A stretch of DNA of 64,000 nucleotides from the human T2T-CHM13v2.0 reference genome, Homo sapiens: the NCBI RefSeq assembly GCF_009914755.1, contig NC_060928.1, one strand, 5' to 3'. A program made the translations under genes and the position numbers. Below the pieces are notes generated by a model, which made no database searches, was not told where the DNA came from, and worked only from the letters and a program-made list of their open reading frames with translations. This document shows, piece after piece, positions 12,608 to 26,695 of the stretch. How positions within the stretch are numbered: position 1 is the stretch's first letter; each line of letters opens with the position of its first letter.

Positions 12608-13943
12608 TCAATAATCTTGGTTTTAGACTTTTAATTTAATTCTGTATACATTTATAGGAAGTCATAAAGATAATACAGGGAGGTTCAATGTACCCCTCAC
12701 CCAGTTTCCCCCAATGGCTACATTTCAAATGACTATAGTAAAAACTAGAAAATTGACATTGGTAAATATGCGTGCATAGTTTTATGTCATATTATTACAT
12801 GTGTACATCCATGTATTCACCACCACAATTAAGACACCTAACTCTTCTGAGCTCTTCTTACTCCTAAATAGTCATTCTTCCGGTCCCAACCCTCCATTCC
12901 CAGCTCATGACAACCACTAATCTGTTTTCCATTTCTACTATTTTATCATTTTGAGGATGTTTTTTCAGTTGCCATCATACAGTATGTGTTCTTTGGAGAC
13001 TGACTTTACTTTTTACTTTGAGTAATGCTCTTAAGATCCATCCTAAGTGTTGTCTATAACAATACTTTATTCCTTTCATTACTCAGTAGTATTCTATTGT
13101 ATAGATGTACCACAGTTTCTTTAACCATTCCCCTCTGCTCTGGAGGGACACTTTTGTTGTCTCCAGTTTTTGGCTATTGCAAATAGTGCTGCTATGAACA
13201 ATCATGTTCAGGCTTTTGTATAGATATAGGTTTTCATAACTCTAGGGTAAATGTCCAAGTGTGCAATTACTGGTCATATGGTAAGTATAGGTTTCGTTTT
13301 TCCTATTTTTTTGTTTTTAGAAACTGCTGAACTATTTTCTAGAGTGGATGTGGAATTTTACATACCCATCTGCAATGCATTAGAAATCCAGTTTCTCTGC
13401 ATCTTTCCCTGCATTTGGTATTGTCAGTGTCTTTTATTTTATCTCTTCTAAATAGGTGCAGAGTGATAGCTCATTGTGGTCTTCATTTGCATTTTTCTAA
13501 CAGCTAGTGAGGTTGAACATCTTCTCATGTGCTTATTTGCCATCCATATATTCTCTTCATGGCTTTTGCCCATTGTCTAATTGAATTGTCTTTCTTTTAA
13601 TGATGAGTATTGATAGTTCTTTATATATTGTAGAAATGAGATCTCTGTCAGATATGTGGTGTACAAATATTTTCTCCCAGTCAGTAGCTTGTCTTTTACT
13701 TCTTAATAAGGTCATTTGTAGGGCAAAATCTCTAAATTTTGATGAAGTTCAATTTATCGATTTTTTATTTTATGGGTTGTTCTTTTGGTATAATAGCTAA
13801 GAACTCTCCACAAAGTCCTAGATATCAAACGTTTTTTCCTATAATATTTTCTAAAAGTTGTATAGTTTCACATTTTACACTTAAGTAAATGTATGATTCA
13901 CTGAGTTAACTTTGTATAAGGTGTGAGGTTTAAGTCAAAGTTC

Positions 13944-14209
13944 TTTTTTTTTTTTTTTTTCTTGAGATGGAGTCTCGCTCTGTTGCCAGGCTGAAGTGCA
14001 GTGGCACGATCTTGGCTCACTGAAACCTTCGCCTCCCAGGTTCAAGCGATTCTCCTGCCTCAGCCTCCTGAGTAGCTGGGACTACAGGTGTGCACCACCA
14101 CGCCCAGCTAATTTTTGTATTTTTAGTAGAGACGGGGTTTCACCATGTTGGCTGGGATGGTCTTGATCTCTTGACCTCGTGATCCTCCCACCTTGGCCTC
14201 CCAAAGTGC
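13944..14209 (-). mobile_element. AluSc-like, 5'-truncated
   Basis: TCTGTTGCCAGGC and GACCTCGTGATC diagnostics; poly-T tail. Confidence 0.93.
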
Positions 14210-14714
14210 AATTTTTTTTTTAACCTATGAATATCTGATTGCCCTACTACCATTTGTTAAAAAGACTATATGCTGCCTCAATTAAATTGCTTTTGCATCT
14301 TTGTCAAAAATCATATTTACATGTGTAGAATTGTTCATAGTATTCCATTATTGTCGTTTTGATGACTGCAGGATCTGTTGTAATATACCAGGCCTCATTT
14401 CTGACTTATTAACTTGTGTCTTCTCTTTTTCTTTGGCAGTCTTGCTTGAGATTTGTTAGTGTTATTGATCTTTCCAAACAATCAGCTTTTTGTTTCATTG
14501 ATTTTCTGTATTGTTTTTCTGTTTTCAATTTCATTGATTTCTGTTCACTATTTCTTTCTTTCTGTTTGCTTTTGGTTTATTTTGTTCTTTCATTGTTCTA
14601 GTTTCTTGAAGTGGGAGCTCGGGTTATTGATTTGAGGCTTTTTCTTTGTATAACACTAAGCATCCAGTGTTATAAATTTCCTTCTCAGCACTGCTTCAGC
14701 TATGTCCCACAGCT

Positions 14715-15092
14715 TATTTGTTCAACATATGAACAAAATTCATACGTTAAAGTCCTAATTCTCAGTACCTCAGACTACGACTATATTTGGAGATATGGTC
14801 TTTAAAGAGAAAATAAAGTTACAAGGAACTTATTAATGTGGGCCCCAAACCAATACTGAGGCACTTATAAGAAGAAAATATCAGAAGACACATAAATACA
14901 GAGGGAGGACCATGAGAAGCACAGGGAGATGGTGGCTATCTATAAGCCAAAGAGACAGCTGCAAAAGAAATCAACCATGCCAACACCTTGATTTCAGACT
15001 TCTAGCTTCCAGAATGGTTAGAAAATAAATTTCTGTTATTTAAGCCATCCAGTTTCTGGCACTTTGTTGTGACAGCCCTAGCAAACTAATAT
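14715..15092 (+). mobile_element. MLT1A/B-like solo LTR
   Basis: CAGTACCTCAGA...TATTTGGAGATA...GCCCTAGCAAACTAATATA. Confidence 0.8.
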
Positions 15093-15115
15093 AACCATGC
15101 TTTAAGATTTCCTTT

Positions 15116-15389
<274 letters not shown>

Positions 15390-15878
15390 GATTTCCTTTA
15401 TATCTTTCTGTTATTGATTTCTAGTTTTATTTCATTGCAGTCGGAGAACATAATGGTGTCAATTATTTTAAAAGTGTTGAGGGTTTTTTTTTTTATGGCT
15501 CAGGTTATGGTCTACCTTGAGATACTTTCTGTGAAAACTTGAAAATAACACATATTCTGCTATTTTGAGTTGAATAGTCTATAAATATTAATTAGACTTG
15601 ATGGCTCGATGGTGTTATTGAGTTCTGTTACAAACTTGCTGATTTTGTGTTTTATTCTTATTAATTTTTGAGAGAAATGTGTTGAAGTTCTCAATTATAG
15701 TTGTGGATGTGTCCATTTCTCTTTTCAGTGCTACCAGTTCAATATATCAGTATCACATACTTTGCAGCTATATTGTTTGGTACATACACATTTAGGATTG
15801 CTATGTATTTCTGGTAGACTGACACTTTTATTACTATGTAATGTCCTTCTCTGTCCTTGGAAAATTTATTTGCCCTAA

Positions 15879-16328
<450 letters not shown>

Positions 16329-17078
16329 AGTTCTGTTACTTTATTATCCACTCTTTCATTCTCTGTCTTTTAACTGGTATATTTAGAACACTTACATTTA
16401 ATGTAATTATTGACATTTTAAGGCTTAAGTCTGCCATTTGATTTTTGTTTTCTGTTTGTTTTCTCTGTTTTTTTTTCTTGTTTGTCTATTTTATTTTTCT
16501 TGCCTTCTTTTGGATTACTTAAACATTTTAGAATTTTATTTTGATTTATCTATAATATTTTGAGTATATCTTTTGAGTAGCTTTATAAAAGTTGCTCTAG
16601 GGACTACATTATATAAACATAACTTATCAAAATGTACTGGTGTTGACGTTTTACCAGTTGCATGAAGTATAAAATCCTTACTTACCTTTATGTCTCTTTA
16701 CTTTCCTCCATTACTAATAATTCTTAAATATTTTCTCTACATACATTGAGAACCACACTAGTCTGTTACAATTTTTGCATTAAACTTCAAACATAATTTA
16801 GACAACTTAAGGAAAGTCTATTGTATTCACACATATTTGTGCTCTTACTATGTTCTTTCTTCTTTCTTATGTTCTAAAGTCCTTCTTTTGTCATTTCCTT
16901 TCTGTTTACAGAACTTCCTTTAGCCATCTTTTTAAGGGTAGATCGGCTAGTGACCAATTCTCAGTTTTATTTCATCTGGGAGTGTATTAAGTTCCCCATT
17001 ATTCCTGAAAGATATTTTCACTGGATGTAGAATTCTGGGTTGACAGTTATTTTCTTTCAACAACACTTGAAAGATGTG

Positions 17079-17230
17079 GGGCAGGTGCAGTGGCTCATGC
17101 CTGTAATCCCAGCAATTTGGGAAGTCAAGGCAAGGAAGGGGATTGCTTGAGCGCATGAGTTTGAGATCAGCCTGAGCTGGTCCTGTCTCTTTAAAGTAAA
17201 AAATGATAAATTTTTTAAAAAGGAAAATTT
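17079..17230 (+). mobile_element. FLAM / Alu left monomer
   Basis: GGGCAGGTGCAGTGGCTCATGCCTGTAATCCCAGC...GAGATCAGCCTG followed by an A-rich tail. Confidence 0.85.
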
Positions 17231-18517
17231 GCCACTTCCTTCTGGCCTGCATGGTTTCTGATGAGAAATCCAATGACATTTGAATTGTTTTTCTACTGTA
17301 GGTAATGTCATTTCTCTCTGGCTGCCTTCAAAATTGCTTTTTGTCTTTAGTTTTCAGAACTTTACTATAGCATATCTTACAGTGAGTTTTTAAATTTTGG
17401 TTGTGGTTCACTTGCCCTTTTAAATGTAGGTTTATGTCTTTTGCCAAATTTAGGAAATCTTAAGCCATTATTTTTTTGAATATTTTTTCAGCCCCACAAT
17501 CTTTTTCTTCTCCTCCTGAAACTCTGATGACCAAAATATTAGATCTTTTGTTATAGTCCCACAGAAAAGCAAGGCTTTCCTCATTCGTTATTTAGTGATT
17601 TTCTTCTCTATTTATCAGATTGGGTAATTTCTATTGTTCTTTCTTCAAGTTCACTGATTCTTTTCTCAGTCCTCTCCATTCTGTTGTTGAGCCCACAAAC
17701 TGAGTTTTAAAATTTTAGTCATTGCATTTTTTAGTTATAAAATTTTTATTCGGTTCTGCATGTCTTCTATTTCTGAGACTTTTTTTTTTGCCAAGTCTTA
17801 AAAAATTATTTTTTAAAGACTCACAATTGCTCATTGAAACATTTTTGCTTTAAATTCCTTATCTAATAATTCTAACACATGCCACCTTGGTGTTGATGTC
17901 TATTGATTGCCTTTTTAAATTTACTCTGCAGTCTTCCTGGTCTTCAGTATGAAGAGTGATTTAATATTGAAGTCTCAATATTTTTATTTTTATATTATAC
18001 AACTCTGGATCTATTTATAATAAATATTGGAACTTGGCAGGCCTCCTCTGACACTACTCTGCCGAGTGAAGGGGGAGCAGACCTCATTATTACCAGCTGG
18101 GGGTGGGAGTCTGGGTTTTTCTTTGAGGGGCTCCATGGTACTGTTGGGTGGAAGGGGTTTTGGGGCTCCTCACTAGGCCCTTGATACCTGGGAGGGGGAG
18201 GGGCACATTGTGACTTTCACTGACACTGTGGGAGAGTGACCTTGTTTCTACTGGGTGATGGTGAAAGGATGGGGAAGGGTACCTCATTATGGCTGGTGGG
18301 AGTGAATATTCAGCCTCCTGAATGGCCTCCACTAATACTGCAGGAGAGGAGTCATTACTGCCTGATGCTGAGGGAGATACACATCTTGGCTCTGTACTTG
18401 GCTTTCTCTGATACTACCCCAGGAGGGAAATTGGGGTACCTCACTACTGTCTGGCAAGAGTGCGAGTCTAGGCTATAGGCTTTTGCTGGAAGGGTATGAG
18501 TGGGGCTGCAGGGCTTT

Positions 18518-18520
<3 letters not shown>

Positions 18521-18558
<38 letters not shown>
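18521..18558. repeat. (TG)19 microsatellite
   Basis: Direct reading. Confidence 0.97.
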
Positions 18559-18559
<1 letters not shown>

Positions 18560-18924
18560 TGTTTAACTAGGGCAGTTATTGTCTAACATTTTCTGGTATG
18601 TTTGGCTTTCCCTGTTCTGGTCATTTGGCAAGAGATAGCAGGTTTCCTTGGGGATGTTTTGTCTATACTCATTGACATTTCTGTGTTTCCAATTTCTCCA
18701 GTATCCAATCTAGGGTATATGAGGCAAAATAAAGCCCATGTCAAAATAAAACCCTTATCACCATGTCATTCCTTGGATCTCAGGTTTCCTAGACAGTCTA
18801 CCTTCTTTTTTTTCACCTTTTGGAGACTTCTTATGTTTATTCATATAATGTTCAGGGTTTTTAGTCATACTTGATGGGAGGAATAGGGGAAAGTATGTCT
18901 ATCTTACTGAAAGTGGAGGCAATT

Positions 18925-19008
18925 CATCATCCTTTAACTCAACTATTTTCAGCTTAATCAATCAAAGTCAGCTTCTGTTGTTTACAACTAAGCTCCTGTC
19001 TGACATAG
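18925..19008 (+). mobile_element. ERVL-type LTR 3' end (probable continuation of 11858-12485)
   Basis: CAGCTTAATCAATCAAAGTCAGCTTCTGTTGTTTACAACTAAG...CTGACATA. Confidence 0.5.
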
Positions 19009-19096
19009 AGTTTTTAGTAACGGAAAACCACTCGCAGTAGTTTTAGTAGAGCACAACTTATTAGAGGATAGCAGGCAAGCCCTAGAATTTCTTGAT

Positions 19097-22000
19097 ATTT
19101 TTTCCAGCTTTACTGAGGCAAAATTGACAAGTAAAAATTGTATATATTTAAGGTGTACAAAGTGGTGTTTTTATACAGATATACATTGTGAAATGATTAC
19201 CACAATCAAGCTAATTAACACATTTATTACCTCACATAGTTACCTTTGTGTGTGTGGGTGTGTTTTTGTGTGTGTGTTGAGAACATTTAAGATATACTTT
19301 CTTAGCAAATTTAAAATATACAATACAGTATGATTAACTATAGTTACTGTGATGTACATTAGATCTCCAGAACTTATTTATCCCAAATAACTGAAACTTT
19401 GTACCCTTTGACCAATATTTTCTCATTTTCCCCAATCTCCAGACCCTGGAAACCACTGTTCTACTCTCTGCTTCTATGAGTTTGACTTAGACTTCATACA
19501 CAAGTGATATTGTGCAATATTTGTCTTTCTGTGTCTGGCTTACTTCACTTAGTATAATGTCCTCCTGGTTTATCCACATTGTTGCAAATGATGGGATTTG
19601 CTTTTTTGAAAAAAGCTAAATGATATTCCGCATTTATGTAATGGAACTTATAGTATAAGTTCTATTATTATTGCAATGTCCCTGTATTAGTTTATTAGTT
19701 CTAAGAGTTTTTTTTCTGGTGGAGTCTTTAGGGTTTAGGATACTTGATATAATCTCAATCTTCTTAAATTTACTAAGATTTGTTTTGTGACCTAATATCC
19801 TGGAGAATATCCTAATATCCTGGAGAATGTTCTGTGGTCAATTGAGAAGGATGTGTGTTCTGATGCTGTTGGTTAGAATGTTCTATAGATGTCTGTTAGG
19901 TCCATTTGGTCAATAATGTTCAAGTCCTCCGTTTACTTATCAATTTTCTGTCTTAATAATCTTAATTATAATCTTAATTAATTTCTGTCTTAATAATCTA
20001 TTCATCATTAAAAGTGGGGTACTGAGGTCCCCTCATATCATTGCATTGTTATCTATTTCTCCCTTCAGCTTTGTTAATATTTGCCTTATGTATTTAGATG
20101 CTCCAATGTTGGTTACATATATGTTTACAATTGTTATATCCTCTTGATGAATTGGTTCCTTGTCATTATCTAATGACCTTCTTGGTCTCTTGTGACAGTT
20201 TTTGGCTTAAAGTCCATTTTGTTTATTGTGAGTATAGCTACTCCTCCTCTTTTTTGATTACCATTTGCTTAGAATATTTTCCCCATTTCTTCACTTTTAG
20301 CCTATGTGTGTCCTTAAAACTGAAATGAGTTTCTTGTAGGCAGTATACAATTAGATCCTATTTGTTAAAAATATTCCATTCAGATAATCTATGCATTTTG
20401 AATGAGGAATTTAATCCATTTACATTTAAACTAATTATTGATAGGTAAGAACTTAGCATTGCCATTTTGTTCATTGTTTCTGACTGTTCTGTAGTTCCAT
20501 TCTTCCTTTCTTCCTCTCTTGCTGTCTTTCTGATATGAATAATTTTTTAAAATATTGGCATTCTTTGATTCCTTTCTTTTTATCTTTGTATATCTATTAC
20601 AGGTTTTTGCTCTGTGGTTACCATGAAGCTGATATAAAACATCTTAAGGTTATGACTGTTTATTCTAAGCTGATAACAACTTAACTTTTACCATATACAA
20701 AAACTCTACACTCTTAACTTTCCCTCCCCCCACACTTTATATTATGAATGTCACAGTTTACATTTTTATGTTGTATATTTATTAACAATATTATAGCTAT
20801 AGTTGTTTTTAATATTTTGTCTCTGAACTTTTATACTAGAATTAGATGAGATTTACACACAGCCAATATAGTATTATAGTATTCTGCATTTGACTGTATT
20901 CTTACCTTTTCAGTGAGTTTTATCATTTCATATGTTTCCATATTGTTAGCATTCTTTTACTTTAACCTGGAGAACTCCCTTTACCATTTCTTATAAAGTA
21001 GGCCTAGTGGTGATGAACTCTTTCAGCTTTTATTTGTTTGGGGACATCTTTATATTTCTTTCATTTCCAAAGGACAGCTTTTCTGGCTATAGTATTCTCA
21101 GTTGAAAGATTGTTTTTCTTCTTCTTTTAGCGCTTTGAATATATCACCCGAATTTCTCCTGGCCTGCAAGTTTTCTGTTGAGAAATCTGCTGGTATCTTA
21201 TGATGGTTCCTTTTAAATGACAATTGTTTTCTCTTACTATTTTCAAAATTCTCTTGTTTTGACTCTTGGGAACTTAATTATAATGTGTTGTGGTGAAGAT
21301 CTCTTCATGTTTAATCTATTTGAGGTTCTTTAGGATTTATGAAACTAGATGTTCTTTTTCCTCTACAGATTTGGAAAGTTTTCTGTCATTATTTCTTTAA
21401 ATAAGTTTTCTTCCCCTTTCTCTTTTTCTGCTCCTCTGGAATTGCCATAATGTATATATTGGTTCACTTGATAGTGTCCTGTAAGTTCTATATGCCTTTT
21501 TTTACTCTTTTTAATTTTTTTTCCTTTGTGCTTCTTTGGGTAATTTCAAATGCCTATCTTTTAGCTTGCTGATTTTTCTCCTGCTTGATCAGGCCTGCTA
21601 TTGAAGATCTCTATGGAATTTTTCAGTTCAGTAATTGTGTTCTTTACCTCTAGAATTTCCTTGATTCATTTTTTTAATTTTAATTTTTATTTATTTATTT
21701 TATTATTTTATTTTTTGTTTGAGAAGGAGTTTCACTCTTGTTGTCCAGGCTGGAGTACAATGGCACAATCTCGGCTCACTGTAACCTCCACCTCCTGGGT
21801 TCAAACAATTCTTCTGCCTCCGCCTCCTGGAATCAGCTGGGATTACAGGTGCCTGCCACCATGTCCAGCTAATTTTTTTGTGCTTTCAGTAGAGACGGGA
21901 TTTCACCAGGTTGGCCAGGCTGGTCTCAAACTCCTGACCTCAGGTGATCCACCTGTCTCAGCCTCCCAAAGTGCTGGAATTACAGGCTTGACCCACCACG

Positions 22001-22990
22001 CCCAGCATCCTTGGTTCATTTTTATGTTTTCTATCTTTTTGTTAAACTTCTCATTTTGTTCATGTATTGTTTTCCTGATTTTGTTTAGTTGTCTATTTAT
22101 TTTCTTTTGTTTTTCACTGTATTTGAAGACAGTTATTTTGAATTCTTTGCAAGGCAGTTTGTAAATTTCCATTTCTTTAGGGTTGATTACTGGTGCTTTA
22201 TTTTGTTTCTTTTGTGGTGTCATTTTATTACTATTATTATTATTCATGATATTTGTGGCTTTGCATAGGTATCTGTGTATTTGAAGAAGTAGGGAATTAT
22301 TTTAGCTTTTACAGATTGGCTTCAGCAGGGAAAGCCCTTTACCAGTCAGCCCATCCAGAGATTCTGGATGGGCCAATTTGCTGTTAGAGTGCTTGGGCTG
22401 GTTGGTCTGGTGCCTGGACCCACTTGAGTGGATGGGCCTGATGTCTGGGTTCACAAGAGTCAACTTGGAGCTTGGATCCACATAGCCAGGAATGGAACCT
22501 GGGTCCACAGGTTGGGCCTAGAGCCTGGATCCAGAGGCTGCCCTGGAGTTTGGGTCCATGGAGATTAACATAATTCTGGGGTGGGCCTTGAGAATGAGCC
22601 TGCAAGGGTGGGCCTAGGGCCCAGGTCTGCAAGGACTGGGGGTTCAAGGGTTGACCTGGCACTGGGGTGGGCCTGGAGCTTGGCTCCATGGGTTGAGCCT
22701 GGAGCCCATGGCCATGGGTCCAGCCTGGTACTTGGGAAAGCTCGGTACCCAGTCTACAGGGGCCAGCCTGGAGTCTGAGGCCATGAGTGCTGGCCTAGGG
22801 TGGTGGAAGATAGTACTGGAGTGGGCCTGGAGCATGGGTCTTTAGGAATGAGTTGGGAGCCTAGGGCTGTGGGGGTCCAACAAGGAGCCTGGGTCTGTAG
22901 GTGCCAGTCCTGACCCTGGGGCCATGGGCACTGGTCTATTGCTGGGGCAGTAGGGGCCTGGTGCTGGGATGGGCCTGGTAAGGGGATATG
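19097..22990 (-). mobile_element. L1MA (MA8/MA9-like), internally deleted, including a G-rich 5'UTR at about 22330-22990
   Basis: 3' end CAGCTTTACTGAGG...TTTAAGGTGTACAA. ORF1-like [17 protein letters not shown]...[20 protein letters not shown] in ORF 21903-22247. Confidence 0.85.
21680..22008 (-). mobile_element. AluS (Sq/Sx-like)
   Basis: GAGTTTCACTCTTGTTGTCCAGGCTGG...CCACGCCCAGC. Confidence 0.93.
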
Positions 22991-23093
22991 GAAATATTAT
23001 AAGTGAAGACCTATATTTAAAAAGCAAATGGAATTGAGCCCAAAATTTGCTATGATATTCCCAGGGAGAAAGAAACCAGACAGAAACTTATAT

Positions 23094-23468
23094 TGCTATA
23101 AACTAAATTGTGTCCCCTCAAAATTTACATGTTGAAACATTAGTCCCTAATGTGACTGACTTTAGAGATAGAGACTTTTTAGAAGTAATTAAGGTTAATT
23201 CAAGTCACAAGGGTAAGGCCTTGATCCTACAGGATTAGTATCCTTATAAGAAGAGACACCAGAAAGCACTCTCCTTCCCTGTCCACCATGTGAGGACACA
23301 GAGAGAAGGAGGCCATTGGCAAGCCAGGCAGTTAGCCCTTGCTAGTAACTGACCACGCTGGCATCCTAATCTTAGACTTCCAGTCTTCAGAACTATGAAA
23401 AATAAATGTGATTTTTCAGCCACCACTCTATGGTATTTCATTATGGCAGCCTGAGTAGATGATGACAT
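23094..23468 (+). mobile_element. MLT1A-like solo LTR
   Basis: TGCTATAAACTAAATTGTGTCCCCTCAAAATT...GCAGCCTGAG. Confidence 0.8.
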
Positions 23469-23942
23469 GTGTACTGTATATCTCCAGTTATCAAGAAAGC
23501 AAACTGTTATCCAGTTCTGAGCTCTGCAAGTAACCCAACCTGCAGGTTGCTTTGATAAGAGACATTGAACAATATATTAGAATTTGATAGCAGTTTCTCA
23601 AAACACATAAAGATGACCTTATAACAGTTCCTGATAAAAAGCGGGTGCCTAAAAGTTAAGTCATAGTTCTTTGAAAAGATTTAGAGAACTGAGTAGTGTC
23701 ACACAGGCTCCAAGCTTTTTGGTGATGGGACTTGATAAAAGATGTGTAGCAATCAGCAGTGAGGTAGACTTCCTGTTAGTTACTGGGAATTGGCATTATT
23801 CTTAGCCCATATTTTCTGTCCTATAACCCATAATATGGGACAGGCATGAGAGTACGAGGATGGCATATGTGTGAATTTCACAAGTGCCAAATGACAGAAA
23901 GGGGATAAACGTGGCTTTGGAGAAATGTCTGATCAGGGTCTC

Positions 23943-24672
<730 letters not shown>

Positions 24673-26434
24673 GTCACAAACTCAAAAAATGTTCTAGAGC
24701 CAGACAAGTGAGGCCATGTATGGAGTGGCCCAGAGAGTGTACACCTGGTCAAAATGGAGTAGCTGATCTTTCAGAAGCTAAAAGATGTCCTCCAAGAATA
24801 TTGTGCATATCAAAAGCCATCTAAGGGCAGAATTCTGCAAGAGGATCCCCAGTCAATGGGTCACACAAACTGCAAGACTATTAACTCTCAGATATTAATT
24901 ATCCCATCCAAATCCTAAGTAATAATTAAAACGAAGATGGCTGCTGAGAATTTGGACTTCAGGTAATGTCAAAATACTTAAGGTCCCTCAAAGCAATTAT
25001 TCCTTTAAGTAGTAATGACCATGTCAGGACTTTGTCACAAGAGTTTAGAGGATAAATATCCTCAATGCTGCAGAGTGCAGTTTTCTTTTTTCTTTTTCAT
25101 TTGCTTGGGCTTGTTTCCCAACCATGTGTCCTTCAGTGGGGTTCCTAAATGGTTTAACAATAACACCCTCCCGAAGAAGTGCTTGGTCAGGATATTTGTC
25201 ACTTTTTTGCAGCCATGGAAAATGCACACAGGGATTGAAAGGCCCAGGTCATGCAACATTGCTCAAAGGATTTGAGGATTCCATTACTGCACAAATCCTT
25301 TAATTAAAGCCAGTTCCTCCAGGCCCCTGTTGCCCGAACCCAATCCAGAACGTCCCAGGTGACCTTGGGAGGCTTGATTAATTGATGAGCTGGCAGTGCA
25401 ACCGTTCCTTCAAAGATCCCAAGATATATCTGCTAAAACAAAAATGCCCCTGGACACCATATGGTCCCGTGTTTGTGGCAGCTCTTAAAATTTATCTGCA
25501 ACTTTTCCCCTGTGTGACTAATGCCTGCTGCCTTCTACTCAGTGACTGTTGCAACCTGTCACCCTTCTTTGTGGCAAAGAACTCTTCAGCAAAGAGGTAT
25601 TTTTGAAAACTCAAGAGGACGTTTTTGCAATTTGGCAATAGGAAGTAACATTCTCTACTGGGCTCAAGTCACTGTGGATATCAAAGTGGCCAGATTTTTG
25701 AAAAGTATCTCTTCCTTGGCTTTTCAAGTTTTTGGCAATAAGCAATTATATCTAAGAAGCACCAACCTCTAGATTCTGCTCATCATAAGAGTGAAGTGAA
25801 GGTAAACCGGATAATGTAGGAAAGCCAAGTGTGCTACAGATGACAGTATTTTTCCATGGAGACTCTTGAGGGTGACTCTAAATGCCTCTTCTTTATAATT
25901 CTGGGTATTCGCACTTTATCAGCACCCTACGGATAACACCCTAGTAATATTGAGTTTTAATTCATCTTCTCAGAAACTAGAGAAACAAAGGAATTCAACC
26001 AAAGGCAAACTTTTAACACTGTCTAAAGGAGAGTGGTCCAGTGATGGATTGGGGCATGCATATTTGAAAGAAGCAGCTAGATAAAAGCTATATAATAAAG
26101 GGAGAAGAATTTGGAGTTCCCAAGGCAATCCCAGAGGAAAGAGATAAGAAGACTAGGGAGGAGAAAAGGAAGGAGGAGGATGCCAGGGAGGCAGAAATCT
26201 GTAATGTTATGTTATGATTCCTCTCTGTGAGCTACATCCTGCATTTTCAGCAAAACCTATCAACTCAGATGCTCTTACAAAAGCCAAATACATTTTGGGG
26301 CCCCATGGGTTAGTCTCAAGTTGATGTAATGGGCAAAATAATGTCATCCAGTGCATTGCTCATTCCAAAGTTTACTTGAATATCTGTAATATCATAAAAG
26401 GAAATGCAGATCACAAATCACATGGGAAGGAGGA

Positions 26435-26695
26435 TAGAGCAAGGATTCCCAAGTATGGAATCTGGGCCAGGCAGCCTAAGTTTGAGTTTTGGCTCTCTCA
26501 CTTACAAGCTGTGGAATCTTGGACAAGTCGCTTAACCTCTCAATGCTTTGGTTTTCTCATCTGTAAAATGAGGATAATAATAGTACCTACTTCATAGGGT
26601 AGTGATGAGAGGTAATTGCATTAATAATTGTTGTACCCTCAAGATAGTACTAGGCACATAGGAAGAGCTACATAAATGGTTGCTAAATAAATAAT
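26435..26695 (+). mobile_element. MIR, near full length
   Basis: TTCTCATCTGTAAAATGAGGATAATAATAGTACCTACTTCATAGGG. Confidence 0.88.

Noticed and set aside
16947-17311. ORF with L1 ORF1-like peptides
   Set aside because: Decayed L1 fragment interrupted by a FLAM; no intact ORF1 or ORF2.
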